From: Anaerolineaceae bacterium | GTDB taxonomy: Bacteria > Chloroflexota > Anaerolineae > Anaerolineales > Anaerolineaceae | Direction: 5' to 3' | Length of the DNA: 64,000 nt | Assembly: GCA_016841365.1 (NCBI GenBank) | Contig: JAENZI010000001.1 | Coordinates: 379,639-443,638, forward strand | Shown here: positions 37,997 to 47,441 of the stretch, piece after piece | How the letters are laid out: the number at the start of each line of letters is the position of its first letter | Numbering within the stretch: position 1 is the first letter of the stretch | The notes under the pieces: generated by a model | Told to the model about the DNA's origin: nothing | The model's database searches: none | The model's input: the letters and a program-made list of their open reading frames with translations, nothing else | Made by a program: the position numbers and the translations under genes

Positions 37997-39355
37997 ATGT
38001 TATTTAAAAGGTACGTTTCTGAAGGTTTAGCGCACTATTCATATCTGATTGCAGATCAAGGCCAGGCGGCGGTGATCGACCCTCGCCGTGATATTGATGT
38101 TTACCTGGCAGATGCTGCTGAGGACCAGGCGCATATAACGTTGGTCTTCGAGACACATCGCAATGAGGATTATTTGATTGGCTCGTGCGAGATTGAAGCG
38201 GCAACTGGGGCAAAGGTTTTTCATGCGGATAAGCAGTGGGATTACCAATACGGCACCCCGGTGGATGATGGACAGGAATGGATGGTGGGGCGGCTCAAAT
38301 TAAAGGCTATCCACACACCCGGCCATACCCCCGGTTCGATGAGCTATCTCTTACACGATCCTGACGGCAACCCCTGGGTGCTGTTTTCGGGTGACGCGCT
38401 CTTCAGCGGTGATGCGGGTCGTGTAGATTTGTTAGGCGAGGATCGTTTGCACGAGATGGCGGAATTACTTTATGACTCCATCTTCAACAAGATATTACCC
38501 TTAGGCGATTCAGTTCTCCTTTGCCCGGCGCATGGTGCAGGCTCCGTGTGCGGTGCAAAAATTGCTGAACGAACCTGGTCAACAATTGGGATGGAGCGTA
38601 AATACAATCCAATCTACCAGGTGCAATCACTGCAGGCGTTTATCGAACGGCATGCAAAGATGCTCGATCGCCCGCCTTATTTCCGGATGATGGAGAAACT
38701 GAACCTTGAAGGTGCGCCTGTGCTGGGCAACTTACCCATTCTTAAGCCCCTTTCTCCGAAAGAATTTAAGGAATTAGTATCAGAAGCACAAATTGTGGAT
38801 ACCAGAGATATGATCGGGTTTGGGGCGGCACATATTGGTGGCAGTCTTTCAATCTTAGAGCGGATTCTGCCCAATTATGCCGGATGGTTCTTGAATTATG
38901 ATCAGCCAATCCTGTTTGTGTGTGACCCGGACTCAGTGGATGGTGTCGTGCGGACGATGCTCAGATTGGGCTTCGATGATCTCGTGGGATATTTAGGCGC
39001 GGGGATGCTTGGTTGGGGCTTAGCCGGTTTCCCGATCGAGAGCATCCCGTTGGTTTTTATCGATGCGTTTTGTGAATTGATGAGATCTGGTTCAGATAAA
39101 TATTTGCTGGATGTGCGCGGCAAAAATGAGATGTCGAACGGGGGTTTAACGCATGCTGAACATATCCATCTACCGGAACTGCTTGAGCATTTGGATGACA
39201 TCCCTAAAACCATCACCGTGTATCCGTTATGCAGGAGCGGCAGCCGCTCGATGCTTGCTGCCAGCTTGTTAAAGCGGGAGGGCTGGGATAACCTGGCAGT
39301 CCTCGCCGGTGGGTTGGGCGCTTGGAATGCCTATGGTTGCGAATTTGACTTATAG
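37997..39355 (+). CDS. MBL-fold metallohydrolase with two rhodanese domains
   Basis: FETHRNED, HTPGHTPG, FSGDALF and CPAHGAGS; C-terminal rhodanese CRSGSRS. Confidence 0.88.
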   Translation: MLFKRYVSEGLAHYSYLIADQGQAAVIDPRRDIDVYLADAAEDQAHITLVFETHRNEDYLIGSCEIEAATGAKVFHADKQWDYQYGTPVDDGQEWMVGRLKLKAIHTPGHTPGSMSYLLHDPDGNPWVLFSGDALFSGDAGRVDLLGEDRLHEMAELLYDSIFNKILPLGDSVLLCPAHGAGSVCGAKIAERTWSTIGMERKYNPIYQVQSLQAFIERHAKMLDRPPYFRMMEKLNLEGAPVLGNLPILKPLSPKEFKELVSEAQIVDTRDMIGFGAAHIGGSLSILERILPNYAGWFLNYDQPILFVCDPDSVDGVVRTMLRLGFDDLVGYLGAGMLGWGLAGFPIESIPLVFIDAFCELMRSGSDKYLLDVRGKNEMSNGGLTHAEHIHLPELLEHLDDIPKTITVYPLCRSGSRSMLAASLLKREGWDNLAVLAGGLGAWNAYGCEFDL

Positions 39356-39410
39356 ATTAGATGTAATTAGATGTCTGGCAAGGGGAGTAATTACTCCCGT
39401 TGCTCTTCGA

Positions 39411-39608
39411 TTAATCTTCGCTTGAACCACGCTGCTTTTGATTCATGTCCATGATTGCACCAACAAGAATACCCAGGCTCATACCGATGCCCATCCCAAA
39501 AGCGAAATTTTCCATGTCTATGATTAAGCTAAAAACCAATCCTATTAGCATCCCGTAAATGATCCCCATGCCGACATAAGAAGTCGCTTTTTGTTTCTTG
39601 TCTTCCAT
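39411..39608 (-). CDS. Small Gly-rich two-TM membrane protein
   Basis: 65 aa with repeated GxxxG motifs; SD ggag upstream. Confidence 0.6.
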   Translation of the reverse strand: MEDKKQKATSYVGMGIIYGMLIGLVFSLIIDMENFAFGMGIGMSLGILVGAIMDMNQKQRGSSED

Positions 39609-39765
39609 AAAAACTCCCTATTAACTAATGTATGTTCGCAATCAAAGCAGAGTAAATTTTAAGGGACAGAGTTTGGGTCGTCACTGGTCAGCCGTATAGT
39701 GTGTGACGACCCTGGCGACTGGTTTTTTGGGGCTAGTTTGTGATTTGATAATTTGCTTATATTTT

Positions 39766-40107
39766 TTAGTTTTGATAGGCATTAGAGGTCTTGGCTGCCA
39801 TGATGAAATCGTTCATGTGCAAGCCTTTGATGCTGTGCGTCCACCATTCAATGGTGACCTTGCCCCAGGTTAATTCGATCAGGGGATGATGCCCTTCGGT
39901 TTCAGCCAGCTCACCGACGGTGTTGGTGAAAGCTAAGGCCTCGGCAAAATCTTTGAACTCAAAGGACCGTTTCAGGTGTGGGATGCCCTCAAACTTGACC
40001 ACTTCCCAGTTTGGGGTTTCTCTGAGAAATTCGCTGATTTGTGCTTCGGTCAGTGGTGGTTCATCACCTTTGCAGGGGACACATTGTTGTTTTAATAAGT
40101 CTGTCAT
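39766..40107 (-). CDS. phhB: Pterin-4-alpha-carbinolamine dehydratase
   Basis: AETEGHHP, WWTH and GLHMNDFIMAAK motifs. Confidence 0.9.
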   Translation of the reverse strand: MTDLLKQQCVPCKGDEPPLTEAQISEFLRETPNWEVVKFEGIPHLKRSFEFKDFAEALAFTNTVGELAETEGHHPLIELTWGKVTIEWWTHSIKGLHMNDFIMAAKTSNAYQN

Positions 40108-40191
40108 CGGATATCCTTTTTTAGTGTTTGGGTAACTTGCTTATATGTTAATGGATACCTCAATTTTGCATCTTTGACAAATAATGAAAAT

Positions 40192-40215
40192 AGCCTATCC
40201 GAATTTGGATAGGCT
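40192..40215 (-). terminator. mutS terminator
   Basis: agcctatcc-gaattt-ggataggct with a T-rich tail on the minus strand. Confidence 0.65.
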
Positions 40216-40248
40216 TAATGAGTTATAGCAAATGAGCGTATCTGCGTG

Positions 40249-42819
40249 TTAATCTTCCTCGCTGATATAGCGCCGACGCCAATCATAAAGCAAATTCAGG
40301 GCTTCAATCGGGCTGAGGCTGTTGATATCCAGTTCACGGAAGGCTTCTAAGATGGCGTTGTTTTCGGGGAACAATGTTAGCTGTTGTTTAACCGTTTCCT
40401 CTTGCTTGAGCGTTGTCCCGGAAGAATCCTCCAGTTGTTTGAGGATCTCATTGGCGCGCTGGATGACAGGTTTCGGCAAGCCAGCGATCTGGGCAACGTG
40501 GATACCATAAGAACGATCTGCCCCGCCGGGGATGATCTTATGCAGGAAGACGACCTTGCCATCGGATTCTGAGACGGCGACATTGTAATTCCGCACACCG
40601 GGTAAGAGCTGCGCTAATTGGGTGAGTTCATGGTAGTGGGTTGCAAAAAGTGTGTAGGATTTCAGGTCTGGGTGGCTGTGAATATACTCGATCATTGCCC
40701 AGGCAATCGAAACGCCATCATAAGTGCTTGTGCCGCGCCCGATTTCATCCAGGATCAGCAAACTGCGGGTGGTGGCATTATGGAGGATGTTGGCTGCCTC
40801 GATCATTTCCACCATGAAAGTGGATTGACCCGCATGGATCTCATCCTGTGCGCCGATGCGGGTGAAGATGCGGTCAACCAGGCCAATCTTGGCGGAGTCG
40901 GCTGGGATGAACGACCCCATTTGCGCCATCAAAACGATTAAGGCGACCTGGCGTAAAATGGTCGATTTACCGCTCATGTTTGGCCCCGTGATGACGCGGA
41001 TGATTTCATTCTCATCCATAATCGCATCATTTGGCACAAACCGCTCTGAGGTACGTAATTTTTCAACGACGGGGTGCCGCCCATCCGTAATTTCGAGGCA
41101 TTTCTCATCAACAACATCCGGCCTGTGATAACCGTTGATCGCAGCAGACTCGGCTAATGAAAGGTAGGCGTCCAATTCAGCCAAACCACGCGCGGTTGAG
41201 AGCAGGTCACTGGCGCTGCCGGCAAGCTCTTCACACACCTGGGCAAACACACGCCCTTCAATTTCATGGATCCGTTCTTCGGCGTTCAAAACCAGCGTTT
41301 CATATTCCTTCAACTCAGGGGTGATATAACGTTCTGCATTGACCAGGGTTTGTTTGCGGATGTATTCCTCGGGAACCAGATCGGTGTTGGATTTCGTCAC
41401 TTCGATATAGTATCCGTAAACCTTGTTGTAACTGACTTTGAGCGATTTAATCCCTGTGCGTTCTTTTTCGACTTTTTCTAATCCAGCGATCCACTCACGA
41501 GCATGTTTTGAGGAATCAAGCACATTATCGAGTTCAGCTGAAAATCCTTTGCGGATGATGCCGGTGTTGGCCAGTGTAGCAGGCGGATCATCTTGAATAG
41601 CTGCATTTAAAAGGGCAAGCTGCCCTTTGCATTCACGGATTTTTCCGACCGTTTCACCAAGCGCGAGAGAATCTTGCTGGAGTAGTTTCCTTAACCCAGG
41701 TATACGGCTTAGATTTTCGCGAATAGCCACCAAATCCCTTGGCTGGGCATGACCGGAGATCACACGGTTTGTCAGGCGCTCCAAGTCGTCAAATTCCTGC
41801 AGGGCGTCCATCGCCTCTGCCCTCAAAAGGCCATTTTTGTAAAAGAACTCGACCGCATCCAAACGTTGATTGATTTTGTTGACGTCCAAGAGGGGTTTGC
41901 TGACCCACTGATGTAGCAGGCGCCCGCCCATCGGCGTTTGGGTGTTATCCAGAATTCCCAAGAGCGACCCCTGGGTTTTTCCGGTGCGAATAGTTTCTGT
42001 TAATTCGAGATTGCGGCGGGTTTCCGCATCCAGCACCATGAATTCATCCAGGGTGTAGGTGCTCAGTGCGTTGAGCAATTTGAGAGATTGGCGCTGGGTG
42101 TCCTCCAGATAGGATAGAATCGCGCCGGCAGCCCTGATCGCCATCGGTTTTCCGCGCAGTCCGAACCCATCCAGTGTGGTGACTTCGAAGTGATCTTGCA
42201 GATGTTCTGTGCAGCGTGCGAGCTCAAAATGCCATGATTCATAAGGCGAGATGAACCCGGGCAGTCCCTCAACTTGAGGAAGGGAATCAGGCCACAGGAT
42301 TTCGGAGGGTTGTAAGCGGTAGATCTCTGATCTGATTTGGTTAAGAATGTCTTTGCCGCTCAAGGCAGTTGCGGCGAATTCACCTGTGGAGATATCCACA
42401 TAAGCAATGCCTGCCTGATTGTCCTGATAGAACACGGCAGCCAGGTAGTTGTTGTGATGATGCTGCAGGAGTCCGGGTTCAACCACCGTCCCCGGGGTGA
42501 CCACACGTACCACCTCACGAGGCACCAGGCCGTTTTCTGGTTCGTCAGCGACCTGTTCGCAGATCGCTACATGGTAGCCTTTATCGATCAGGCGGGAAAG
42601 GTAATTCTCGGCGGCATGATGGGGGATGCCTGCCATGGGCACCCGTACGCCCTTAGAGACCGGCCGCGAAGTCAGGACGATATCCAGCTCACGGGATGTG
42701 ATCTTGGCATCCTCGTCAAAAGTCTCATAGAAATCACCGAGCCGAAAGAAGACGATTGCATCGGGATGCTGCCGTTTGACGTCTAAGTATTGTTGCCGTA
42801 AGGGTGTAATTTGTGGCAT
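40249..42819 (-). CDS. mutS: DNA mismatch repair protein MutS
   Basis: FFRLGDFYE, GPNMSGKST, STFMVEM and DEIGRGTSTYDG motifs. Confidence 0.97.
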   Translation of the reverse strand: MPQITPLRQQYLDVKRQHPDAIVFFRLGDFYETFDEDAKITSRELDIVLTSRPVSKGVRVPMAGIPHHAAENYLSRLIDKGYHVAICEQVADEPENGLVPREVVRVVTPGTVVEPGLLQHHHNNYLAAVFYQDNQAGIAYVDISTGEFAATALSGKDILNQIRSEIYRLQPSEILWPDSLPQVEGLPGFISPYESWHFELARCTEHLQDHFEVTTLDGFGLRGKPMAIRAAGAILSYLEDTQRQSLKLLNALSTYTLDEFMVLDAETRRNLELTETIRTGKTQGSLLGILDNTQTPMGGRLLHQWVSKPLLDVNKINQRLDAVEFFYKNGLLRAEAMDALQEFDDLERLTNRVISGHAQPRDLVAIRENLSRIPGLRKLLQQDSLALGETVGKIRECKGQLALLNAAIQDDPPATLANTGIIRKGFSAELDNVLDSSKHAREWIAGLEKVEKERTGIKSLKVSYNKVYGYYIEVTKSNTDLVPEEYIRKQTLVNAERYITPELKEYETLVLNAEERIHEIEGRVFAQVCEELAGSASDLLSTARGLAELDAYLSLAESAAINGYHRPDVVDEKCLEITDGRHPVVEKLRTSERFVPNDAIMDENEIIRVITGPNMSGKSTILRQVALIVLMAQMGSFIPADSAKIGLVDRIFTRIGAQDEIHAGQSTFMVEMIEAANILHNATTRSLLILDEIGRGTSTYDGVSIAWAMIEYIHSHPDLKSYTLFATHYHELTQLAQLLPGVRNYNVAVSESDGKVVFLHKIIPGGADRSYGIHVAQIAGLPKPVIQRANEILKQLEDSSGTTLKQEETVKQQLTLFPENNAILEAFRELDINSLSPIEALNLLYDWRRRYISEED

Positions 42820-42893
42820 AAATTCATTTCTAATGATTGATTTTTGGATTATGTGCCATCAAGCAGAACCTTAGTGGTCCACTTGCGCTTTTA

Positions 42894-45635
42894 TCATCCT
42901 TGTTTTAGATTTTCTTGAATATAAACCCGGACGTGATCAAGCGCTTCGGAGAGTTTTGAGGTGTCATTGCCGCCTGCTTGCGCAAGTGTCGGCCTGCCGC
43001 CTCCGCCGCCGCCCACAATTTTTGCGACACTTTGCACAAGGTTGCCTGCATGCAGGCCGCGTTTGACCAGGTCTTCGGTGACAGCCGCGATCAGAATTGG
43101 TTTGCCGTCTTTATCTGATGCCAGCAGCGCCACACCAGACTCATAGTTTTGGCGGAATTTATCAGCCATTTCTCGCAGCGAATCGATGTTAGCGCCGGGG
43201 AGGATGGTCAGCATCACCGGGATACCTTCGATTTCTTCTGTGTCGTCTAATTTTTCCTCAAACGCACTGGCAACTCGCTGTGTCTGCAGTTTTTCAATTT
43301 CTTTTTCAGCTGCAGAGAGGTTGTCTTTGAGCGACGTAATCTTTTGTATGATTTCGGAGTGGGCAGTACCAAGCATGTGGTTCGCCTGCTCAAGGATGTT
43401 CATCCGTTCCCGGGCATATTGATATGCCTGCCAGCCGGTGATCGCTTCGATCCGCCTGATGCCAGCAGCGATGCTGCCTTCGTAGGTGATGATGAATAAG
43501 CCAATATCGCTGGTCTCATCCACGTGGGTTCCACCGCACAGCTCGTATGAGAGGGTTTCCTGATCACCAATTTGGATGGTGCGCACCACGGACTCATATT
43601 TTTCACCAAACAAAGCCATGGCACCTTCATCTATGGCCTCATTCAGGGGCTTTTCAGCAATGCGGAGTTGAAACCCTGCCAGAATTGCCTGGTTCACATG
43701 AGCCTCAACCGCTAAAATCTCATCCTTTGTCATCGGTTGCGGGTGAGTGAAATCAAAGCGTAGACGATCAGGGGCGACCAATGAACCTGCTTGACGTGCG
43801 TGGTCTCCGAGTACTTGATGCAATGCAGCGTGTAGCAGGTGGGTTGCGGTATGGTTGCGCATGATATGAGTGCGGCGGGTTTCATCCACCTGAATAAGCG
43901 CCATATCCCCAACCTGGGGGCTGCCTTTAAGGACCTCACCTACGTGGACAATCACACCTGCTGCTGGTTTGCGCATATCGGTTACCCGGATAGCCCAGTC
44001 TGAGTCTCCTGTGCCAATGATTTGTCCGGTGTCTGAAACCTGCCCGCCCGATTCAATATAAAACCAGGTTTTTGGGAGCAGAACTTCAACGCGCTCGCCA
44101 ACTGCTGCTTTATCAACAGATTTTCCATCCTGGACCAGCGCAATCACTTCAACCGGTCCGCTGATCGGCTGATAGGGGCTATAAAAAACACCGGCTTGCA
44201 GGAGTTTGTCATCTTGGCGGAGGCTTTCAATGATCTCTGCGTAGACCTGAACATCCTCGCCGCCCATCTCGCCAAACTCTTTCCCAGCACCAGATGCGAG
44301 CCGATGCGCTTCCATTGCTTCTCCGAAGCCCTGTGTGTCCACATCCAATCCCTGCTCCTGGGCAATATCGCGTGTGATTTCCAGCGGTAAGCCGTGGGTC
44401 GCGTAAAGGTCGAAAGCTTTTTCGGCGTTCAGAACGCTTTCCTGGTGAGACGTCAGTTCTTCGAGCAAATCGTTGAGGTATTCAAGGCCGGCGTTGACCG
44501 TTTTCTTAAACTGGATTTCTTCGCGGGTCAGGTTGTCGAGAATGGTCTTCGCATTCCGCTTTAATTCTGGGAAGAACCCGCCGTATTCGTTAATCACAAT
44601 TTTGGCGACTTCTGCCATGAAGGGCTCATGCAGGTTGAGTTTCATCCCGAACCGTGCTGCCCGGCGGATCAGCATCCGGCAGACATAATTCCGCCCGATG
44701 TTTCCCGGCACGACACCATCAGCGATCAGGAAGGCAGTGGCGCGTGCGTGGTCTGCGATCACCCGATAGGGGGTCAGGTTCGCGTCTCGTTCCTGGTTGC
44801 TGTGCCCTGTCAGTGATTGCACATGCCGGATCAAGGGCATGAACAGGTCGGTTTCATAGTTGGAAGAAACACCTTGCAGAATGGAGACAATCCGTTCAAA
44901 GCCCATACCTGTATCGACGTGAGTCTTGGCCAAAGGTTCCAGCTTGGTGGGGGAGAGGCGATTGTATTGGATGAAAACATTATTCCAAAATTCTAAGAAA
45001 CGCTCACAGTCGCCATTCACGCGACAAACGTGATCCGGATCTTCTGCAAGGTTGCAAAATTCCGGGCCCCGGTCAATGTGGATCTCGCTGTCCGGTCCAC
45101 ATGGGCCGGTATCCGCCATTTCCCAAAAGTTTTCTTTACGCCCAAAGGGAATCAGATGGTCAGGGTCAAAACCTGGTTCTTGAAGCCAGATTTCTGCTGC
45201 TTCGCGGTCTTCCGGGATTTCACCGAGTTCGTCCTTAAAGTAGGTTGCCCATAATCGGTCTTTCGGCAATTGCCAGACTTCTGTAAGCAGTTCCCATGCC
45301 CAGGTGATGGCTTCTTTTTTATAATAATCGCCAAAGGACCAGTTTCCGAGCATTTCGAAGAAGGTGTGGTGGGTGTTGTCACGTCCAACCTGTTCGAGGT
45401 CGTTGTGTTTGCCTGAAACACGCAAGCATTTTTGAGAGTTAACCGCCCGGGTGTAGGGGCGAATATCAGTGCCTAAAAAGACGTCTTTAAATTGAACCAT
45501 ACCGGCGTTAGTGAATAATAAAGTTGAATCACCGCCGGGGACCAGCGAGGATGAAGGTACAAAGGTGTGCCCGCGTTCGAGGAAAAAATTGACGAAATCT
45601 TGGCGGATTTGTGCCCCTGTTCGTTTTTCTTGCAT
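42894..45635 (-). CDS. alaS: Alanine--tRNA ligase
   Basis: LLFTNAGMVQFK, HHTFFEMLGN, DTGMGFER, NHTATHLLH and CGGTH motifs. Start set at ATG 45635 (SD aggag). Confidence 0.97.
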   Translation of the reverse strand: MQEKRTGAQIRQDFVNFFLERGHTFVPSSSLVPGGDSTLLFTNAGMVQFKDVFLGTDIRPYTRAVNSQKCLRVSGKHNDLEQVGRDNTHHTFFEMLGNWSFGDYYKKEAITWAWELLTEVWQLPKDRLWATYFKDELGEIPEDREAAEIWLQEPGFDPDHLIPFGRKENFWEMADTGPCGPDSEIHIDRGPEFCNLAEDPDHVCRVNGDCERFLEFWNNVFIQYNRLSPTKLEPLAKTHVDTGMGFERIVSILQGVSSNYETDLFMPLIRHVQSLTGHSNQERDANLTPYRVIADHARATAFLIADGVVPGNIGRNYVCRMLIRRAARFGMKLNLHEPFMAEVAKIVINEYGGFFPELKRNAKTILDNLTREEIQFKKTVNAGLEYLNDLLEELTSHQESVLNAEKAFDLYATHGLPLEITRDIAQEQGLDVDTQGFGEAMEAHRLASGAGKEFGEMGGEDVQVYAEIIESLRQDDKLLQAGVFYSPYQPISGPVEVIALVQDGKSVDKAAVGERVEVLLPKTWFYIESGGQVSDTGQIIGTGDSDWAIRVTDMRKPAAGVIVHVGEVLKGSPQVGDMALIQVDETRRTHIMRNHTATHLLHAALHQVLGDHARQAGSLVAPDRLRFDFTHPQPMTKDEILAVEAHVNQAILAGFQLRIAEKPLNEAIDEGAMALFGEKYESVVRTIQIGDQETLSYELCGGTHVDETSDIGLFIITYEGSIAAGIRRIEAITGWQAYQYARERMNILEQANHMLGTAHSEIIQKITSLKDNLSAAEKEIEKLQTQRVASAFEEKLDDTEEIEGIPVMLTILPGANIDSLREMADKFRQNYESGVALLASDKDGKPILIAAVTEDLVKRGLHAGNLVQSVAKIVGGGGGGRPTLAQAGGNDTSKLSEALDHVRVYIQENLKQG

Positions 45636-45877
45636 AATGACTCCTGATACCAAATAAATTTCTTGTAACCTATCCATTATACGATATATGGAAAGGTGAT
45701 GCTGGATAAAATCCGATTTCGAGCAAGCGCCGCAGGTAAAAGACCGAAGTGTTTCTGTTTACGAATAAAACTCGTGAAAGGCAGAAAATGCATTTGTTTG
45801 TTGCTTTAGGATAACGTGCAATTTAAATGCAAAGTCACCCCTTCTAATAAACAGCAAGATTATGTTTTTAAGGGATA

Positions 45878-46336
45878 TTAAATTTGCTTCGCCCAGGTGA
45901 TGGCGCGTTCCAGATCGCCCTCAACAAGCGGGCCTTCTGTATCGGTCACGCCGAACCCTTCGCTTGGAAGCGCAATCGTTGCGCCTGTTTTTGACAGGGC
46001 TTTTTCGATATGCTTATCTGCGTAACCGAAGAGTTTGATCATAAAACGGAGAAAGCCCGAATTGGTTTTATCCTTAGGGATGCGGGTGTCAAAAGCCGCG
46101 GCTTTTACACCTGTGAGTTTGTCAGGTTCAAATGTTTTTATGAAAGTAAGAATAGCTGGTGTAGGCCGGAATGCCCTTGTGGGGGAACCGACGAATAGGG
46201 TCTTGAGCCCTTCCAGATCGCTTTCCTGAACAGCATCTACTTTTTGTGCTATACCGCCGATTGCTTCAGCAATGGCTTCTGATACACGTTGTGTGTTGCC
46301 AAAATATGAATCATATACAACCAATTTTTCAGCCAT
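45878..46336 (-). CDS. Flavodoxin family protein
   Basis: YDSYFGNT, GSPTRAF and AAFDTR motifs. Confidence 0.85.
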   Translation of the reverse strand: MAEKLVVYDSYFGNTQRVSEAIAEAIGGIAQKVDAVQESDLEGLKTLFVGSPTRAFRPTPAILTFIKTFEPDKLTGVKAAAFDTRIPKDKTNSGFLRFMIKLFGYADKHIEKALSKTGATIALPSEGFGVTDTEGPLVEGDLERAITWAKQI

Positions 46337-46448
46337 TTCAATTTCCTTTCACTGAATAATGCGTAACTGTTGTGGGTTGAATGAAGTATAGAAAAATACT
46401 AAATAAAAATTATTAATAATGAGAAATTGACAGTAAAATTATACGAAA

Positions 46449-47057
46449 TTAATCTAAATTTTGTCTTCCAGCCAGGGCTCGCAGGAGCGTATTTTGGTCA
46501 GCATATTCCAAATCGCCGCCAACCGGTAAGCCCAGCGCAAGGCGAGTGATGCGTAGATCCAGTCCGGAGAGACGTTCGTGCAGGTACATGGCCGTGGCAT
46601 CCCCTTCCATGCTGGGGTTGGTCGCCAGGATGATTTCTTTGAAATCGTTTTTCTTTAATCGCTCATACAACTCTTTGATTTTTAAATCTTCCGGACCAAT
46701 CCCCTCAATCGGCGAGAGAACGCCGTGCAGAACGTGGTATAAGCCGTTATAACCGGCTGTCTTTTCTATGGCCAGTACGTCTAAAGGTTCCTCAACGATG
46801 CATAAAGTAGATCTATCCCGCTGTTCACTGGCGCAAATCTCGCAGATTTTTGTGTCTTTGTTGGTAATATTAAAACATATTTCGCATAGACCGGTATCCT
46901 GCTTGATCCCGATCAAGGCTTCAGACAGGTTTTTTGATAATTCTTCAGGCGCGCGTAGCAGGTAGAACGTCAGGCGTGAAGCCGTTTTTGGACCAATCCC
47001 CGGCAAACGGGAAAAGGCATCCACTAATCTTTGGACTGGTTCAGGTAGGGTGCGCAT
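46449..47057 (-). CDS. recR: Recombination mediator RecR
   Basis: LPGIGPKTA, C4 zinc finger, ATNPSMEGDAT and GGDLEYAD motifs. Confidence 0.96.
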   Translation of the reverse strand: MRTLPEPVQRLVDAFSRLPGIGPKTASRLTFYLLRAPEELSKNLSEALIGIKQDTGLCEICFNITNKDTKICEICASEQRDRSTLCIVEEPLDVLAIEKTAGYNGLYHVLHGVLSPIEGIGPEDLKIKELYERLKKNDFKEIILATNPSMEGDATAMYLHERLSGLDLRITRLALGLPVGGDLEYADQNTLLRALAGRQNLD

Positions 47058-47066
47058 ACCGTGAGT

Positions 47067-47411
47067 CTATAGACCCAAGCCAAGCCCGCCGAGCATGTCG
47101 GTGAATGGGCTCATTTTTTCTGACGAGCGTTCGCGGGATTTTTCTAAAGCCGCATTAATTCCGCTGACGATCAAATCTTGAAGCATCTCAACATCAGCAT
47201 CTTCAAGCAGCTCTGGTGCAATTCTTACTTCTTTGCACACCTGGTCGCCGGTCATAACCACACTGATCACGCCGCCGCCCACGGAGGCTTCTACTGTTTC
47301 TTCTGCAAGTTCAGCCTGGGCATCAGCCATTTGCTGCTGCATTTGTTGAATTTGAGCCATCATACCGCCACCGGTTTTACCAGTGCGGGGTCTGTTATAT
47401 CCTTTAGCCAT
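47067..47411 (-). CDS. ybaB: YbaB/EbfC nucleoid-associated protein
   Basis: GGGVISVVMTG and DVEMLQDLI motifs; canonical dnaX-ybaB-recR order. Confidence 0.92.
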   Translation of the reverse strand: MAKGYNRPRTGKTGGGMMAQIQQMQQQMADAQAELAEETVEASVGGGVISVVMTGDQVCKEVRIAPELLEDADVEMLQDLIVSGINAALEKSRERSSEKMSPFTDMLGGLGLGL

Positions 47412-47441
47412 AAGTTATTCCTTTCAATCTCGTTAACTAAT

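Noticed and set aside
39383-39398. 16-bp perfect palindrome gggagtaattactccc, and a nearby 10-bp stem at 39675-39712
   Set aside because: Both lie at gene 3' ends and are adequately explained as terminator-type hairpins; not repeated elsewhere.
45640-45870. T-box leader upstream of alaS
   Set aside because: No T-box motif or antiterminator seen; a TATAAT lies close to the start codon.
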